Assembly: GCA_016185435.1 (NCBI GenBank)
Contig: JACPNN010000005.1
Location: 22,588 to 86,587 of the forward strand
DNA length: 64,000 nucleotides
Direction: 5' to 3'
Source of the DNA: Candidatus Aenigmatarchaeota archaeon
GTDB taxonomy: Archaea > Aenigmatarchaeota > Aenigmatarchaeia > QMZP01
Positions 49,003-58,100 of the stretch are shown here, piece after piece. Position numbers and translations under genes: made by a program. The notes below the pieces were generated by a model. It saw only the letters and a list, made by a program, of their open reading frames with translations. It was not told where the DNA came from and made no database searches. Numbering within the stretch: the stretch's first letter is position 1; every line of letters begins with the position of its first letter.

Positions 49003-49153
49003 TTGATAATGGTTTTTCTGGGTTAAAAATGGAAAATGAGCTCGCTTCCTTGGTAATGATCCATTTTAGTGATCACAGCAGCAGCCGACTATGGAGAAAA
49101 TCGGGCTTTGCTTGGACACAAAATGGAACCTTCGGTTTTATGAGGAATAAATA

Positions 49154-49567
49154 TCAGCCATCTATGACATTTATCCCCTCTGTCTTCCTGAAAGCAGTGT
49201 CAAAGGTTGCTATGGTTTTAATTCCGAACTTCTCAACAAAGATCCTGCTTGTGCAGTCGGTGAATGACATCCTCTCCTTGTTGCCCTTCCGGAAGAGCTC
49301 CCATGCCGCATAGAGAACGGCATTATTTACAACGGCTATTTGCACTGAATCCATTATATATTGACCCATCCTGACAGCATGGTCAAGGCTCTTTGTTCTG
49401 ACGAGCATGACTGTCACGGCCTCGTCAAAAATATAGTCTGAAGTCATTGGCTTTCCATAGTTTCCAGATGCAATATCAGAAATAATCTTTTTCGCCTTCC
49501 CATGGTTCTGGTCTGCCTCGTTGTAAAAGGAGACAAATACGCTGGTATCGATAAAGATTGTCATCAT
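49154..49567 (-). CDS. vapC: PIN-domain toxin VapC
   Basis: IFIDTSVFVSFYNEAD PIN N-terminus. Confidence 0.75.
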   Translation of the reverse strand: MMTIFIDTSVFVSFYNEADQNHGKAKKIISDIASGNYGKPMTSDYIFDEAVTVMLVRTKSLDHAVRMGQYIMDSVQIAVVNNAVLYAAWELFRKGNKERMSFTDCTSRIFVEKFGIKTIATFDTAFRKTEGINVIDG

Positions 49568-49794
49568 CTCATCCCGTAAAGCGTTTTATCAATCTCCTCG
49601 CTCAGTTTTTCGCTTCCCTTGCCCAGATTGACAGACCTGAAATCCAGCATGTTTCTGATGGGTTTCGCGTGCTCTTGGAGCCAGAAGCCCATGGCAAGGG
49701 TAATAGCCTTGCCGACAGGCAGGCCTTCCCTGGTGGCCTCTGCCTTGAATTCCCTAAATGTCTTTTCGTCCACATCCCTGATGCTGAGCTGCAT
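49564..49794 (-). CDS. vapB: RHH-type antitoxin VapB
   Basis: MQLSIRDVDEKTFREFKAEA (RHH strand-helix). Overlaps the vapC start. Palindrome ATGTAATAC-TT-GTATTACAT immediately upstream (49796..49818). Confidence 0.6.
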   Translation of the reverse strand: MQLSIRDVDEKTFREFKAEATREGLPVGKAITLAMGFWLQEHAKPIRNMLDFRSVNLGKGSEKLSEEIDKTLYGMR

Positions 49795-50545
49795 ATGTAA
49801 TACTTGTATTACATGTATATAAAGGTTATTTCTGTCATATATCGAGCTAAGAGAATTGGCTGCTTCGCTTCAAGCTTTTCAAGCTTCTCTGTATCCCTGG
49901 CCAGCTGCTCGAACAACCACCTGTTGCTCTCGACAAGCTGCAGCCATCTTTGCCTTGTGCCCATATTTGATATGCGCAATCGCTGGCGAGAACGTTAAGT
50001 TTAAATTTCTTACTGTTGTAATTCACTTATGACGAAAAAACTTTCCATAGAATTAGATATACAGGGACACATAGAAGTAGACAAAAGAGCGGATCCCCTT
50101 GAACGTGGTCCAAATTATTTTAGACCAACCATTTTAAGGGAAGATCTGCCTCCTGAAGCAGTTAGAGCTTGGGTTAATTCTTATATGGGTGGTCTAATAA
50201 ACGAGGTAGTACAGAAGAGCGGATATACAGGACCCGCTAACCTAATCATTACTATAAAATATCAATCAGAATAGTTCGCCAGCGACTTTCTCCTCGCTTG
50301 TGCCCGTCGAATCCTTCTGTGATATAAATGAAGGGCACATAACAGCCGCTAAACGGCTCATTTCGATTCGCCCAAAGTTTCGCAAAGCGAAACCTTCGCT
50401 TAGCGGCATACGATAGATGGTATCCTCATTTCTTTTTTTCAGGGATGCTGCGCCTTTATAGTCATCACATGATATTGGTTTTTTGTGCTAAAAAAGAAGA
50501 GGAATCAGGAAACAATTGAACAGGATTGATGAAAAGAGCATGAAC

Positions 50546-51268
50546 CTATATCTCAATCACCTTCAGCCCTTCTGGGGTGACGTCAAACGGATGTATCATT
50601 GTCGAATGCTTCGTCCTCCTCATCTTCCTTACTGTCAAAGTCCTTTTGTATTCCTCGGCAACAGGCACGAAATCAAGCTTGATGACAGTGTCGACAATGA
50701 ATTCGATAATCCCCCCGCCTGAAAGGCTCTCGCTGGCCTCAGGAATGGTCCCCGTAAGCAGGGATGTGACACCCAGATGCCTCAGCTTTTCCGTAAGGGC
50801 TGTCAGGGCAACCCTGCTGACATACTCGTCCTTTATGAACATCTCTATTATCGATACCGAATCGACCACAACCCTTTCGGCCTTCACTTCCTCAATGGCC
50901 TTCTCTATTTTCGACATCAGATCGTATATGTAGAGCCTCACGAGCCTGTTCAGGTCTTCCACATCCTTGGACGGGAAAAGGGGCTTTATCGAGAAAATCT
51001 TGACTATGCCCGACTTCTCAAGGCCCTCAAAATCCCAGTCAAACATGGCCACTATATCCTTCTTTATTTCCTCCGCGCCCTCCTCAGTCGTGATATACAC
51101 TCCAGGCTGGTTCTCCCTTGTCCCCTGATAGAGGAATGTTGAGCAAAAACTGGTCTTGCCAGTCCCTGTCTTGCCCGTGACGAGGTTGATGCTTCCTTTG
51201 ACAAATCCGCCCTCCATCTTCTCGTCCAATCCTATCACTCCTGTCGATATCCTCTCAACATGCCCCAT
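50546..51268 (-). CDS. KaiC/RadA-like RecA-superfamily ATPase
   Basis: GLDEKMEGGFVKGSINLVTGKTGTGKTSF (Walker A in a KaiC-like context). Confidence 0.75.
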   Translation of the reverse strand: MGHVERISTGVIGLDEKMEGGFVKGSINLVTGKTGTGKTSFCSTFLYQGTRENQPGVYITTEEGAEEIKKDIVAMFDWDFEGLEKSGIVKIFSIKPLFPSKDVEDLNRLVRLYIYDLMSKIEKAIEEVKAERVVVDSVSIIEMFIKDEYVSRVALTALTEKLRHLGVTSLLTGTIPEASESLSGGGIIEFIVDTVIKLDFVPVAEEYKRTLTVRKMRRTKHSTMIHPFDVTPEGLKVIEI

Positions 51269-51542
51269 TATTAAAATGTTGCCTCAAGCCTGCTTAAATT
51301 CATGACATATCGCCAGGAAACTGAGATCATGAGAAGGAAAATGGAGGATGCCAGCAAATTTTTGCCTCCAAAACAAAGCTTATAAATCCCCCTTTCCTAA
51401 AAGAAAACATGAACCAAACGGCATGGCTTCCCAAGCGCAGGATTGATTCTACATACACAGCCTTGCCGGGCTTCTCAATGGCCTGTTATTGATCCTTCAT
51501 CTGTTTCCGGTCAACATATAACCGCTTCAAAACCTGTCGATT

Positions 51543-51932
51543 ATGGCGAAACCTTATCAAAACCCGGTGAGAGGAGAAAAAGAAGACAATACCAATACGA
51601 ATGGAAACGCAGATGATGAGATGGTAGAGATATTCAAGCAGATGGCCTCCCGCTTCCTAAGCGAGGAAGAGCTTGCAATCATGAAGTTCCTTGCAGACAT
51701 AAAGCAGGATGGAACGACGCAAGCAGAGGCGAGAAACGGCATGGAGGGGACAAGGGACTGGGTCCAGGCATCCCTGCTGAACGGTTTAGGCCTCACCTTC
51801 TGCGAGGCAAGGAAGCCGCTGACAATAGAGCAGGCAATAGAGCACATATTCAATGTGGAGCTTTCAGGGCCTGCCAAGGAGCAGGAGGCTGAAGAGGGCA
51901 TGGAAGAGGAATATCTGGAAGGGGAACAATAG
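51543..51932 (+). CDS. acidic hypothetical protein
   Basis: ORF of 129 aa, E/D-rich C-terminus. Confidence 0.4.
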   Translation: MAKPYQNPVRGEKEDNTNTNGNADDEMVEIFKQMASRFLSEEELAIMKFLADIKQDGTTQAEARNGMEGTRDWVQASLLNGLGLTFCEARKPLTIEQAIEHIFNVELSGPAKEQEAEEGMEEEYLEGEQ

Positions 51933-51935
51933 CAA

Positions 51936-52628
51936 CTAGCCGTTTGACTGCAGCCTTTTCAGCACCTCATAGGCCTTCAGGACATGCTCTTCCTTTACAT
52001 ACACAAGCAGTTCCCTGCTGGCCGTCAGCATTTCTGTCATGACAATATCATTGATATGCAGCTCCCTTGCGACCACCGATAATACGCCTTTCGATTCTAT
52101 GGCCTCTTCAGGGAACATCATGCTTATTTCTGATATGTCATCATACCTGTTTTTCATCCTGAAGAGATCGAAAACTGTTTTGAAATCCTTCTCCTTCTTC
52201 CTGTCTATGAAAATCGTGATTGAAGAAGAGCCGACAACGATCTTAAGAGTATCCCCTTTGTCATAGTCTGTCTGGGCTATTATTTTTTCCAGCCTCTTCA
52301 GAAGGTCCTTGTCCTTCTCGAAATCAAGAATGAGAATCCCGTCCTTCAGGGAGATCCTGATATCCCTGAACAGATCAATGGCCTCTTCTTCCACCTTGCC
52401 GAACTCGAACCTCCTGAGCATGGCTATCAGGGCCTCCATCTGGCCTTTCTGGGCCACCTTCTGCCGGATAAGGTATCTGGCCAAGGCCCTCCTGTTTATC
52501 AGGCCCTGCTGGTAGCACTTCTCTATCTCTGGTTTTTTGCTCAGCAATTGCCTGAAGTTCTGCTCTATTTGGGACATAATTTTAATATTTATGCTATTAA
52601 TTAATAAATCTTTCATTTTATGACACAA
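51936..52628 (-). CDS. hypothetical protein, possibly ACT-domain containing
   Basis: Weak resemblance to tandem ACT domains; uncertain. Confidence 0.35.
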   Translation of the reverse strand: MCHKMKDLLINSINIKIMSQIEQNFRQLLSKKPEIEKCYQQGLINRRALARYLIRQKVAQKGQMEALIAMLRRFEFGKVEEEAIDLFRDIRISLKDGILILDFEKDKDLLKRLEKIIAQTDYDKGDTLKIVVGSSSITIFIDRKKEKDFKTVFDLFRMKNRYDDISEISMMFPEEAIESKGVLSVVARELHINDIVMTEMLTASRELLVYVKEEHVLKAYEVLKRLQSNG

Positions 52629-52660
52629 GACTTAAATACACTTGCCAGCCAAATCAGAAA

Positions 52661-53056
52661 GTGATGGATATGGAAACGGCCCAGGCATATTCTCGGGACG
52701 CAGGGTATGGGATAAAGCAGCCGACTGTAGGCCAGATACATGATGTGAGGTTTCACACCAATGAGATTGTGAGGAAGTTTGAGAGGAAAAGCTCAGGGGG
52801 ATGGGAGGAGAGGCAGCACGAACTTCTGGAGACCCTCCCCTTCGATGTCATGGCAGACATAGGCGGAGAGAAAGTTGTTGTCAGAGGTTCAGTGAAATAT
52901 TCTTCGGCGTCCAGAGAAGAGATGATAAATCATGGAAGGAGCTATAGAGGAAAGCATGTCGAATTTGGAAGCCGCTTTGATATTCCGGACATAATTTACG
53001 GCGGCTTCAGCAGCAAGAGCACCCGCTTATATGAGATCAGAACTATTACAGACTAA
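52661..53056 (+). CDS. hypothetical protein
   Basis: ORF of 131 aa. Confidence 0.35.
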   Translation: MMDMETAQAYSRDAGYGIKQPTVGQIHDVRFHTNEIVRKFERKSSGGWEERQHELLETLPFDVMADIGGEKVVVRGSVKYSSASREEMINHGRSYRGKHVEFGSRFDIPDIIYGGFSSKSTRLYEIRTITD

Positions 53057-53155
53057 AGCGGCAGCTGGACTCCGGGGGTGATTTTTATAGAACACGGCCA
53101 TATACAGAAGAATGGAAGCATACAGACAGAGATAGTCGAGGGGCTGACGTTCTGA

Positions 53156-53632
53156 ATGCTGGAAATCAGCTTCATATTTAAGCAAAGAAACAAACAACTA
53201 TCCATGGAAACTCTAAATGTCAGGATGAAGCTGCTGAAGAAGTTCCTAAGAACGCAGGATTTTGTCAGGGCTGTCTATCTTTTCGGTTCCATGGCAACGG
53301 GAAAATCGTCAAGGCACAGCGACATAGATATAGCTGTTCTCTTTGACAGGAAACTGACAAGGCAGGAAAGGAATGCGAAAGAGCTATTTCTTATAAGCTC
53401 GCTCACCTCAATGCTCGGCAGGGAAGATCTCGATGTAGTCGTGATGAACGATGCTCCGCTCCTCCTGAATTTCAACATAATAAGGGATGGGAGGATTCTT
53501 TATTGTAAAAGCAGCCGCGAGAAAATACAGAACGAGGTAAGAATCATGTCATCTTACCTTGATAGGGATTATTACGATTCCCTGTTCATAAAAAGGGATT
53601 TTGGCAGGATAAGAAAAGAGGGGATACTGTGA
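53156..53632 (+). CDS. nucleotidyltransferase (MntA-like antitoxin)
   Basis: LFGSMATGKSSRHSDIDIAVLFD. Confidence 0.8.
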   Translation: MLEISFIFKQRNKQLSMETLNVRMKLLKKFLRTQDFVRAVYLFGSMATGKSSRHSDIDIAVLFDRKLTRQERNAKELFLISSLTSMLGREDLDVVVMNDAPLLLNFNIIRDGRILYCKSSREKIQNEVRIMSSYLDRDYYDSLFIKRDFGRIRKEGIL

Positions 53633-54051
53633 TAAAAGAGATACACGCCAAGCTGAGAGAGCTAGAAAGGCACACAAAGTTTCTCCAAGAATGCACAAAG
53701 TATTCTGCCAAACAGCTTGAGGAAGATATGCTGGCAAGAGGCGCTGTAGAGCGGTATCTTCAGCTTGCAATAGAAATGGTTATCGAAATCTCCGAGATTC
53801 TTATTGCAGGGAAGGGCTTCAGGAAGCCGGAGAAATACAGGGATGCAATCCTTATCCTCGGTGAGGAAGGTATCCTGCCGAAGAGCTTTGCTGAAAAATT
53901 TGCGCCTTCGGCAGGCTTCAGAAACATCCTCGTTCACCATTATTCCGATGTTGACGTGCACAAACTGCACAGCTTTCTGAAAAATGACATCAAAGATTTT
54001 GACTCCTTTGCGAGATACATAGTAAAATATCTTGAGAAGCAACTCAAATAA
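53629..54051 (+). CDS. HepT/DUF86 HEPN-family toxin
   Basis: Rx4HxY motif (RNILVHHY). Overlaps the MntA stop. Confidence 0.75.
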   Translation: MIKEIHAKLRELERHTKFLQECTKYSAKQLEEDMLARGAVERYLQLAIEMVIEISEILIAGKGFRKPEKYRDAILILGEEGILPKSFAEKFAPSAGFRNILVHHYSDVDVHKLHSFLKNDIKDFDSFARYIVKYLEKQLK

Positions 54052-54093
54052 GGCTGCAGGATCCCGGCAGAACTCCAATATTAATGATCTGGC

Positions 54094-55188
54094 ATGAAGC
54101 CCTCAATCGACCCCTGGGGAAAAGGAGAGGTGAAGGATTACGGCAGGCTCATGGAGGAATTCGGTTTGAGGCCATTCGATGATTTCATAAAAAAACTCCC
54201 GGATCCTCCTTTGCTCATAAGAAGAGGCGCTGTGTATGCGCATAGAGACTTTGAAAGGATACATTCTGCAATAAAATCAAAAAAGCCCTTTGCCATGATG
54301 ACAGGCCTCATGCCTTCAGGCAAGTTCCATCTGGGCCACATGATGGTCGCCCAGCAGATTGTCTATTATCAGAGTCTTGGGGCCCATGTTTTCGTTTGTG
54401 TTGCCGATGTGGAGGCCTATAATGTCAGGAGGATGCCTTTTGATGAATTGAGAAGAACAGCAATTGAAGAATACCTGATCAATTACATAGCATTGGGATT
54501 AAGGCCGAAGAGCTGCACATTCTATTTCCAGTCGGCTCATACCGTTCCTTATTACAGACTAATTTCCATGCTTCCAAGAAGGACAACGCAGAATGAATTC
54601 GAGGCCATATACGGCACTTTCGATCCCCAGAAGCTGATTTCTGTTTTCTACCAGATAGCGGACATCCTCCATCCCCAGCTTCCCGATTATCTCGGGCCTC
54701 TCCCCCTTGTCGTGCCTGTAGGGGTGGACCAGGACCCTCACATAAGATACACAAGGGACATCGCCTCGAGGATAAACGAATTCAGATTCATTCCGCCTTC
54801 ATCAACCTACCACAAATTCGCCAAAGGCCTTCAGGGAGGCAAGATGAGCTCCTCAGATCCCACAAGCTATATCGCTCTGACAGACACGCCTGAAGAGGCC
54901 AGAAAGAAAATCATGAAGCACGCATTTTCAGGAGGCAGGGACACAGTGGAAGAGCACAGGAAGCTTGGGGCCAATCTGTCTGTCGATGTGAGTTATGAAT
55001 ATTTGTATTATTTGTTCGAAGAGGATGACAGGAAAATGAAAAAAATAACAGAGGATTACGGCTCCGGGAAGATGCTTACCGGAGAGGTGAAGAAGTTTCT
55101 TTCAGAAAAGCTGGAGAAGTTCCTGATCAGGCATAGAGAAAAGAGAGAGAAAGCTATTGATTTGGTACCTAAGTTCTTGGAGAAATAA
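54094..55188 (+). CDS. trpS: tryptophanyl-tRNA synthetase (archaeal type)
   Basis: Class I motifs HLGH (FHLGHMMVAQQ) and KMSSS. Size and N-terminus are consistent with archaeal/eukaryal-type TrpRS; TyrRS is not fully excluded. Confidence 0.75.
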   Translation: MKPSIDPWGKGEVKDYGRLMEEFGLRPFDDFIKKLPDPPLLIRRGAVYAHRDFERIHSAIKSKKPFAMMTGLMPSGKFHLGHMMVAQQIVYYQSLGAHVFVCVADVEAYNVRRMPFDELRRTAIEEYLINYIALGLRPKSCTFYFQSAHTVPYYRLISMLPRRTTQNEFEAIYGTFDPQKLISVFYQIADILHPQLPDYLGPLPLVVPVGVDQDPHIRYTRDIASRINEFRFIPPSSTYHKFAKGLQGGKMSSSDPTSYIALTDTPEEARKKIMKHAFSGGRDTVEEHRKLGANLSVDVSYEYLYYLFEEDDRKMKKITEDYGSGKMLTGEVKKFLSEKLEKFLIRHREKREKAIDLVPKFLEK

Positions 55189-55263
55189 TTCAATTTCTGC
55201 AATCCCTTTATTCGAATAGACTCGCCTTTTTTTCTGAAAAAATCGATGCACCTTGCACGGTAG

Positions 55264-55421
55264 CAGGCCCGACGGGATTTTCGTCTTGGGTATTTTCCAG
55301 ATAGATGTTTGTATTTCCTTTTTCTGGATACCCTACCCTCTTTTTTGGAAAAAGAGGGTGGTGTCGAACCCGTATCCCCTGCTCCGGAGGCAGGTGTTCT
55401 ATCCGACTGAACTACGGGCCT
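55264..55421 (-). tRNA. tRNA-Arg(CCG) with an 86-nt T-loop intron (55279..55364)
   Basis: On the minus strand: acceptor aggcccg/cgggcct, D gttc/gaac, anticodon stem cctgc/gcagg with loop ctCCGga, T-stem acggg/cccgt, and T-loop ttcga|at restored only after excising the insert. The insert begins caccaccctctttttccaaaaaagagggtagggtatccagaaaaagg. Confidence 0.5.
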
Positions 55422-55473
55422 AATATACCTTTCTCTGCTTCTTATATCCCTTTGCGGCCTAAATTATACTATT

Positions 55474-55762
55474 GCGGGGGTTCCCGAGAGGCCAAAGGGG
55501 CGGGACTTAAGAAAACCTTTTCTTTTCCAAAAAGAAAAGGTTTTATCCAAAAGAAAACAAATGAAAAACAAGCGCTTGCGGAAAAGAAAACAACATACAG
55601 AAATCTTAAGTATTGAGCGAAAGCTGTGAAATAAGAGATCCCGTGACTTAGTGTCTTCGCAGGTTCGATAGGCTTTCTTTTCAGAAAAGAAAGCCCATAC
55701 GGCAAAGAAAACATAATACAAAAACTGAAACAATAACCAGAACGAAAATCCTGCCTCCCGCA
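55474..55762 (+). tRNA. tRNA-Leu(UAA) with two introns (55512..55637 at 37/38; 55669..55747 in the T-loop)
   Basis: Acceptor gcggggg/ctcccgc (one G-U), D ccc/ggg with long D-loop, anticodon stem cggga/tcccg with loop ctTAAg|a, long variable arm (tgacttagtgtcttc), T-arm gcagg-ttcga|at-cctgc. Confidence 0.6.
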
Positions 55763-55784
55763 CTGACCCAATATGCAACAGGCT

Positions 55785-57983
55785 TTAGGCGGCACCCTTC
55801 TTTCCGAATTTCCCCTGGAGAAACTCCACAAGGGTGGTGTGGCCCCTCAGGCCGAAGTGGTAGAAAGTGATGTCGTTCTTCCTGCAGTGTCTTTTGAGCT
55901 GGTAGTAGATGGGATGATACACTGATGCGACCACACATACAACGGCATCCTCCTGGCCGATGCCGGAGATATCCTTTCTTCTATTGAACTCGTCAAACAC
56001 CTCCACTGGCGTGTCAACGGCATGCTTTATCTTCTCCGACACATCATGTCCGTACTGGCCTCCCCAGACGATTATCCTTTTGTAGGAGGGCCTTTCTTCT
56101 CCGGCAGACAGTCCGGCTTCACGGATTACTTCTCCAGCAGGGGCAGGAGGATAAATATCTACATGCAGAAGGCTGCCGATTTCCCTATATATATTTCTGC
56201 TTTGTGATCTGGCAATTTCATGCAGTTTGCCGCGAAAAGCATCATCATTGAGCCTGGATTTGTAGGCCAAGAACAGAGAATAGTCGCTGAGGATGAGCTC
56301 ATAAGCCTTTGTGCCGCCAAGCCCAACCGCGTCCCTGCAGAAATCTTCCAAGGATTCCCTCCGGTTTACCCATATGTCCCTCAGCCTTCTGGAACTGGAG
56401 GGGCCGAGGGAATTGTAGGTTTCCCTTACAAGACCGACAACTTCAGGCCCTGCGCCTGACTTCTCCAGCTCCTGCATCATGGCTTCATGCCAGCCTGCAC
56501 GCTTTTTCTTAGACTTCATTTGCGTCTGTTCAGCCTTGGCCGGAGATCTTTCAGCCCTGAGCAGATTCTCTACCAGCTGGTCCGCAGAAAGAGAATCAGA
56601 CACCCAGGAGAGCCCTCCGTCGTCCAGCTGCCTCAGCTTCTGCCTCAGTTTTTTGAGCTCTTCAGCGGATGGCATATATTCCCCTATCATCAGCAGGGCC
56701 AAGGTCTTGTTGCTTTCAGAGGCAGCCGCTGAAGCCAGATAGTCGCTGATAATAAGATCCGCCAGATGGTAATGCTTCGCGATGTCCAGAAGCCTCCCGG
56801 CATTCGGGTCGACAAGGATGTCAGGCCCGTTCCTTAGAATACAGGCGGCTGCCTCCGCCTGTCCGGAGACTGATGCGATTTCCTGCACCAGATCAAGAAG
56901 ACTCCCATCCCTCAGGCCCCATCCGATATCGGCTGTTGTCAGCAGGAACTCATTGTATTCCTTCGCCGAAACCTGGACCCTGCGGAGCCCTTTGTAAACG
57001 CTGGCGGCAGCCGGCCTGCGTGCGAGATAGTCAAGGATCTCCATCTTCTGATCTGCACCGGCTCCGGAAATCAGATGCCATATGGTGTGCGCGTCCGCGT
57101 TATGAGCCTTCAGCCTGCCTGTTCTGTCCGCGACAAAGGAAACGATCTCAGGTCCTTTCATCTCAGCTTTCCTGAAGCAGTCGAGGATTGCCAGTTCCTC
57201 ACTCCCCCCGAGAGCGATATATGCATCCTTTGCCTTCCCCACCCTTTCATGGGCAATTTTCGCGTCCTCGATGTTGCTGACAAAAGCAGACAGCGGAATC
57301 ATGTGAGCTACGCGTTTCCGTTGACCGGCAGTTAACAGACCCTTGATGTCACTGACAATGGCATTCTCCGGAGTCATGTACCCAGTACCGGCTATAGGAT
57401 CGCTTGTCTCTTTCCTGAATTCCCATATGAAATCGGCGACATACCTCTGAGCCGCCCCCTCCCCTCCCTTCTCAAAAACCTCCCTGAAATGTCCTGCTGC
57501 ATCATGCAGGTAGCCAAGGCTTTCTGTTTCATACAAATCCATTGTGTGGTTCACCAGCATTGTGTAGTTCATGAGCCAGCTAAAACCAGGAGTGTCGATG
57601 AAAGATGTGTCGGCAGCCTCAGGCCCAAGCGCAGACCTCAATGCCTTTTTCAGACTCTGAAAATCCGCAGAGGTTTCCGCCACTTTCTGCGCCACAGGAT
57701 TTGCCCTCATCCTGTCCAGCCAGCCCTCGTATTCTGTCACAGCCCTGTCCAGGTCATCAAGCGCTTCACCATACTTCCTGCTGACTTTGAAAGCTTCTTC
57801 CAATGCTCCAAGAAGTTTGAACATCGGCTCAGCACGCACCAGGTCACCGTATGATTTGGCCTCCCATTCGGCTATGCCGTATAGGTGCTGGAGCGCCTTG
57901 ATCGCAACGCTCTTGTTTCTCTTCTTTTTTTCCTCAAATTCCTTCAGCCAGCTTCTTCCTTTCCAGAAGGACTTGCCTGCCAT
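55785..57983 (-). CDS. large hypothetical protein (732 aa)
   Basis: Long ORF, comparatively GC-rich. No family recognised. Confidence 0.5.
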   Translation of the reverse strand: MAGKSFWKGRSWLKEFEEKKKRNKSVAIKALQHLYGIAEWEAKSYGDLVRAEPMFKLLGALEEAFKVSRKYGEALDDLDRAVTEYEGWLDRMRANPVAQKVAETSADFQSLKKALRSALGPEAADTSFIDTPGFSWLMNYTMLVNHTMDLYETESLGYLHDAAGHFREVFEKGGEGAAQRYVADFIWEFRKETSDPIAGTGYMTPENAIVSDIKGLLTAGQRKRVAHMIPLSAFVSNIEDAKIAHERVGKAKDAYIALGGSEELAILDCFRKAEMKGPEIVSFVADRTGRLKAHNADAHTIWHLISGAGADQKMEILDYLARRPAAASVYKGLRRVQVSAKEYNEFLLTTADIGWGLRDGSLLDLVQEIASVSGQAEAAACILRNGPDILVDPNAGRLLDIAKHYHLADLIISDYLASAAASESNKTLALLMIGEYMPSAEELKKLRQKLRQLDDGGLSWVSDSLSADQLVENLLRAERSPAKAEQTQMKSKKKRAGWHEAMMQELEKSGAGPEVVGLVRETYNSLGPSSSRRLRDIWVNRRESLEDFCRDAVGLGGTKAYELILSDYSLFLAYKSRLNDDAFRGKLHEIARSQSRNIYREIGSLLHVDIYPPAPAGEVIREAGLSAGEERPSYKRIIVWGGQYGHDVSEKIKHAVDTPVEVFDEFNRRKDISGIGQEDAVVCVVASVYHPIYYQLKRHCRKNDITFYHFGLRGHTTLVEFLQGKFGKKGAA

Positions 57984-58100
57984 GCTTAGAATTGTGTGCT
58001 AATTTTTTTAAGGCTTCACCAATGCGCTTATCCCAAAACTGCATGCAGAAAGCACAAAAAACAAGCCTTTCCGTTTATTTCCCGCCGTGTCTAAAACAGC

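Noticed and set aside
49981-50286. Perfect 10-bp inverted repeat (tcgctggcga / tcgccagcga) flanking the 81-aa ORF 50029..50274, initially considered as terminal inverted repeats of a mini-element.
   Set aside because: A 10-bp inverted pair within 300 bp is expected by chance many times in 64 kb. No target-site duplication or transposase was seen.
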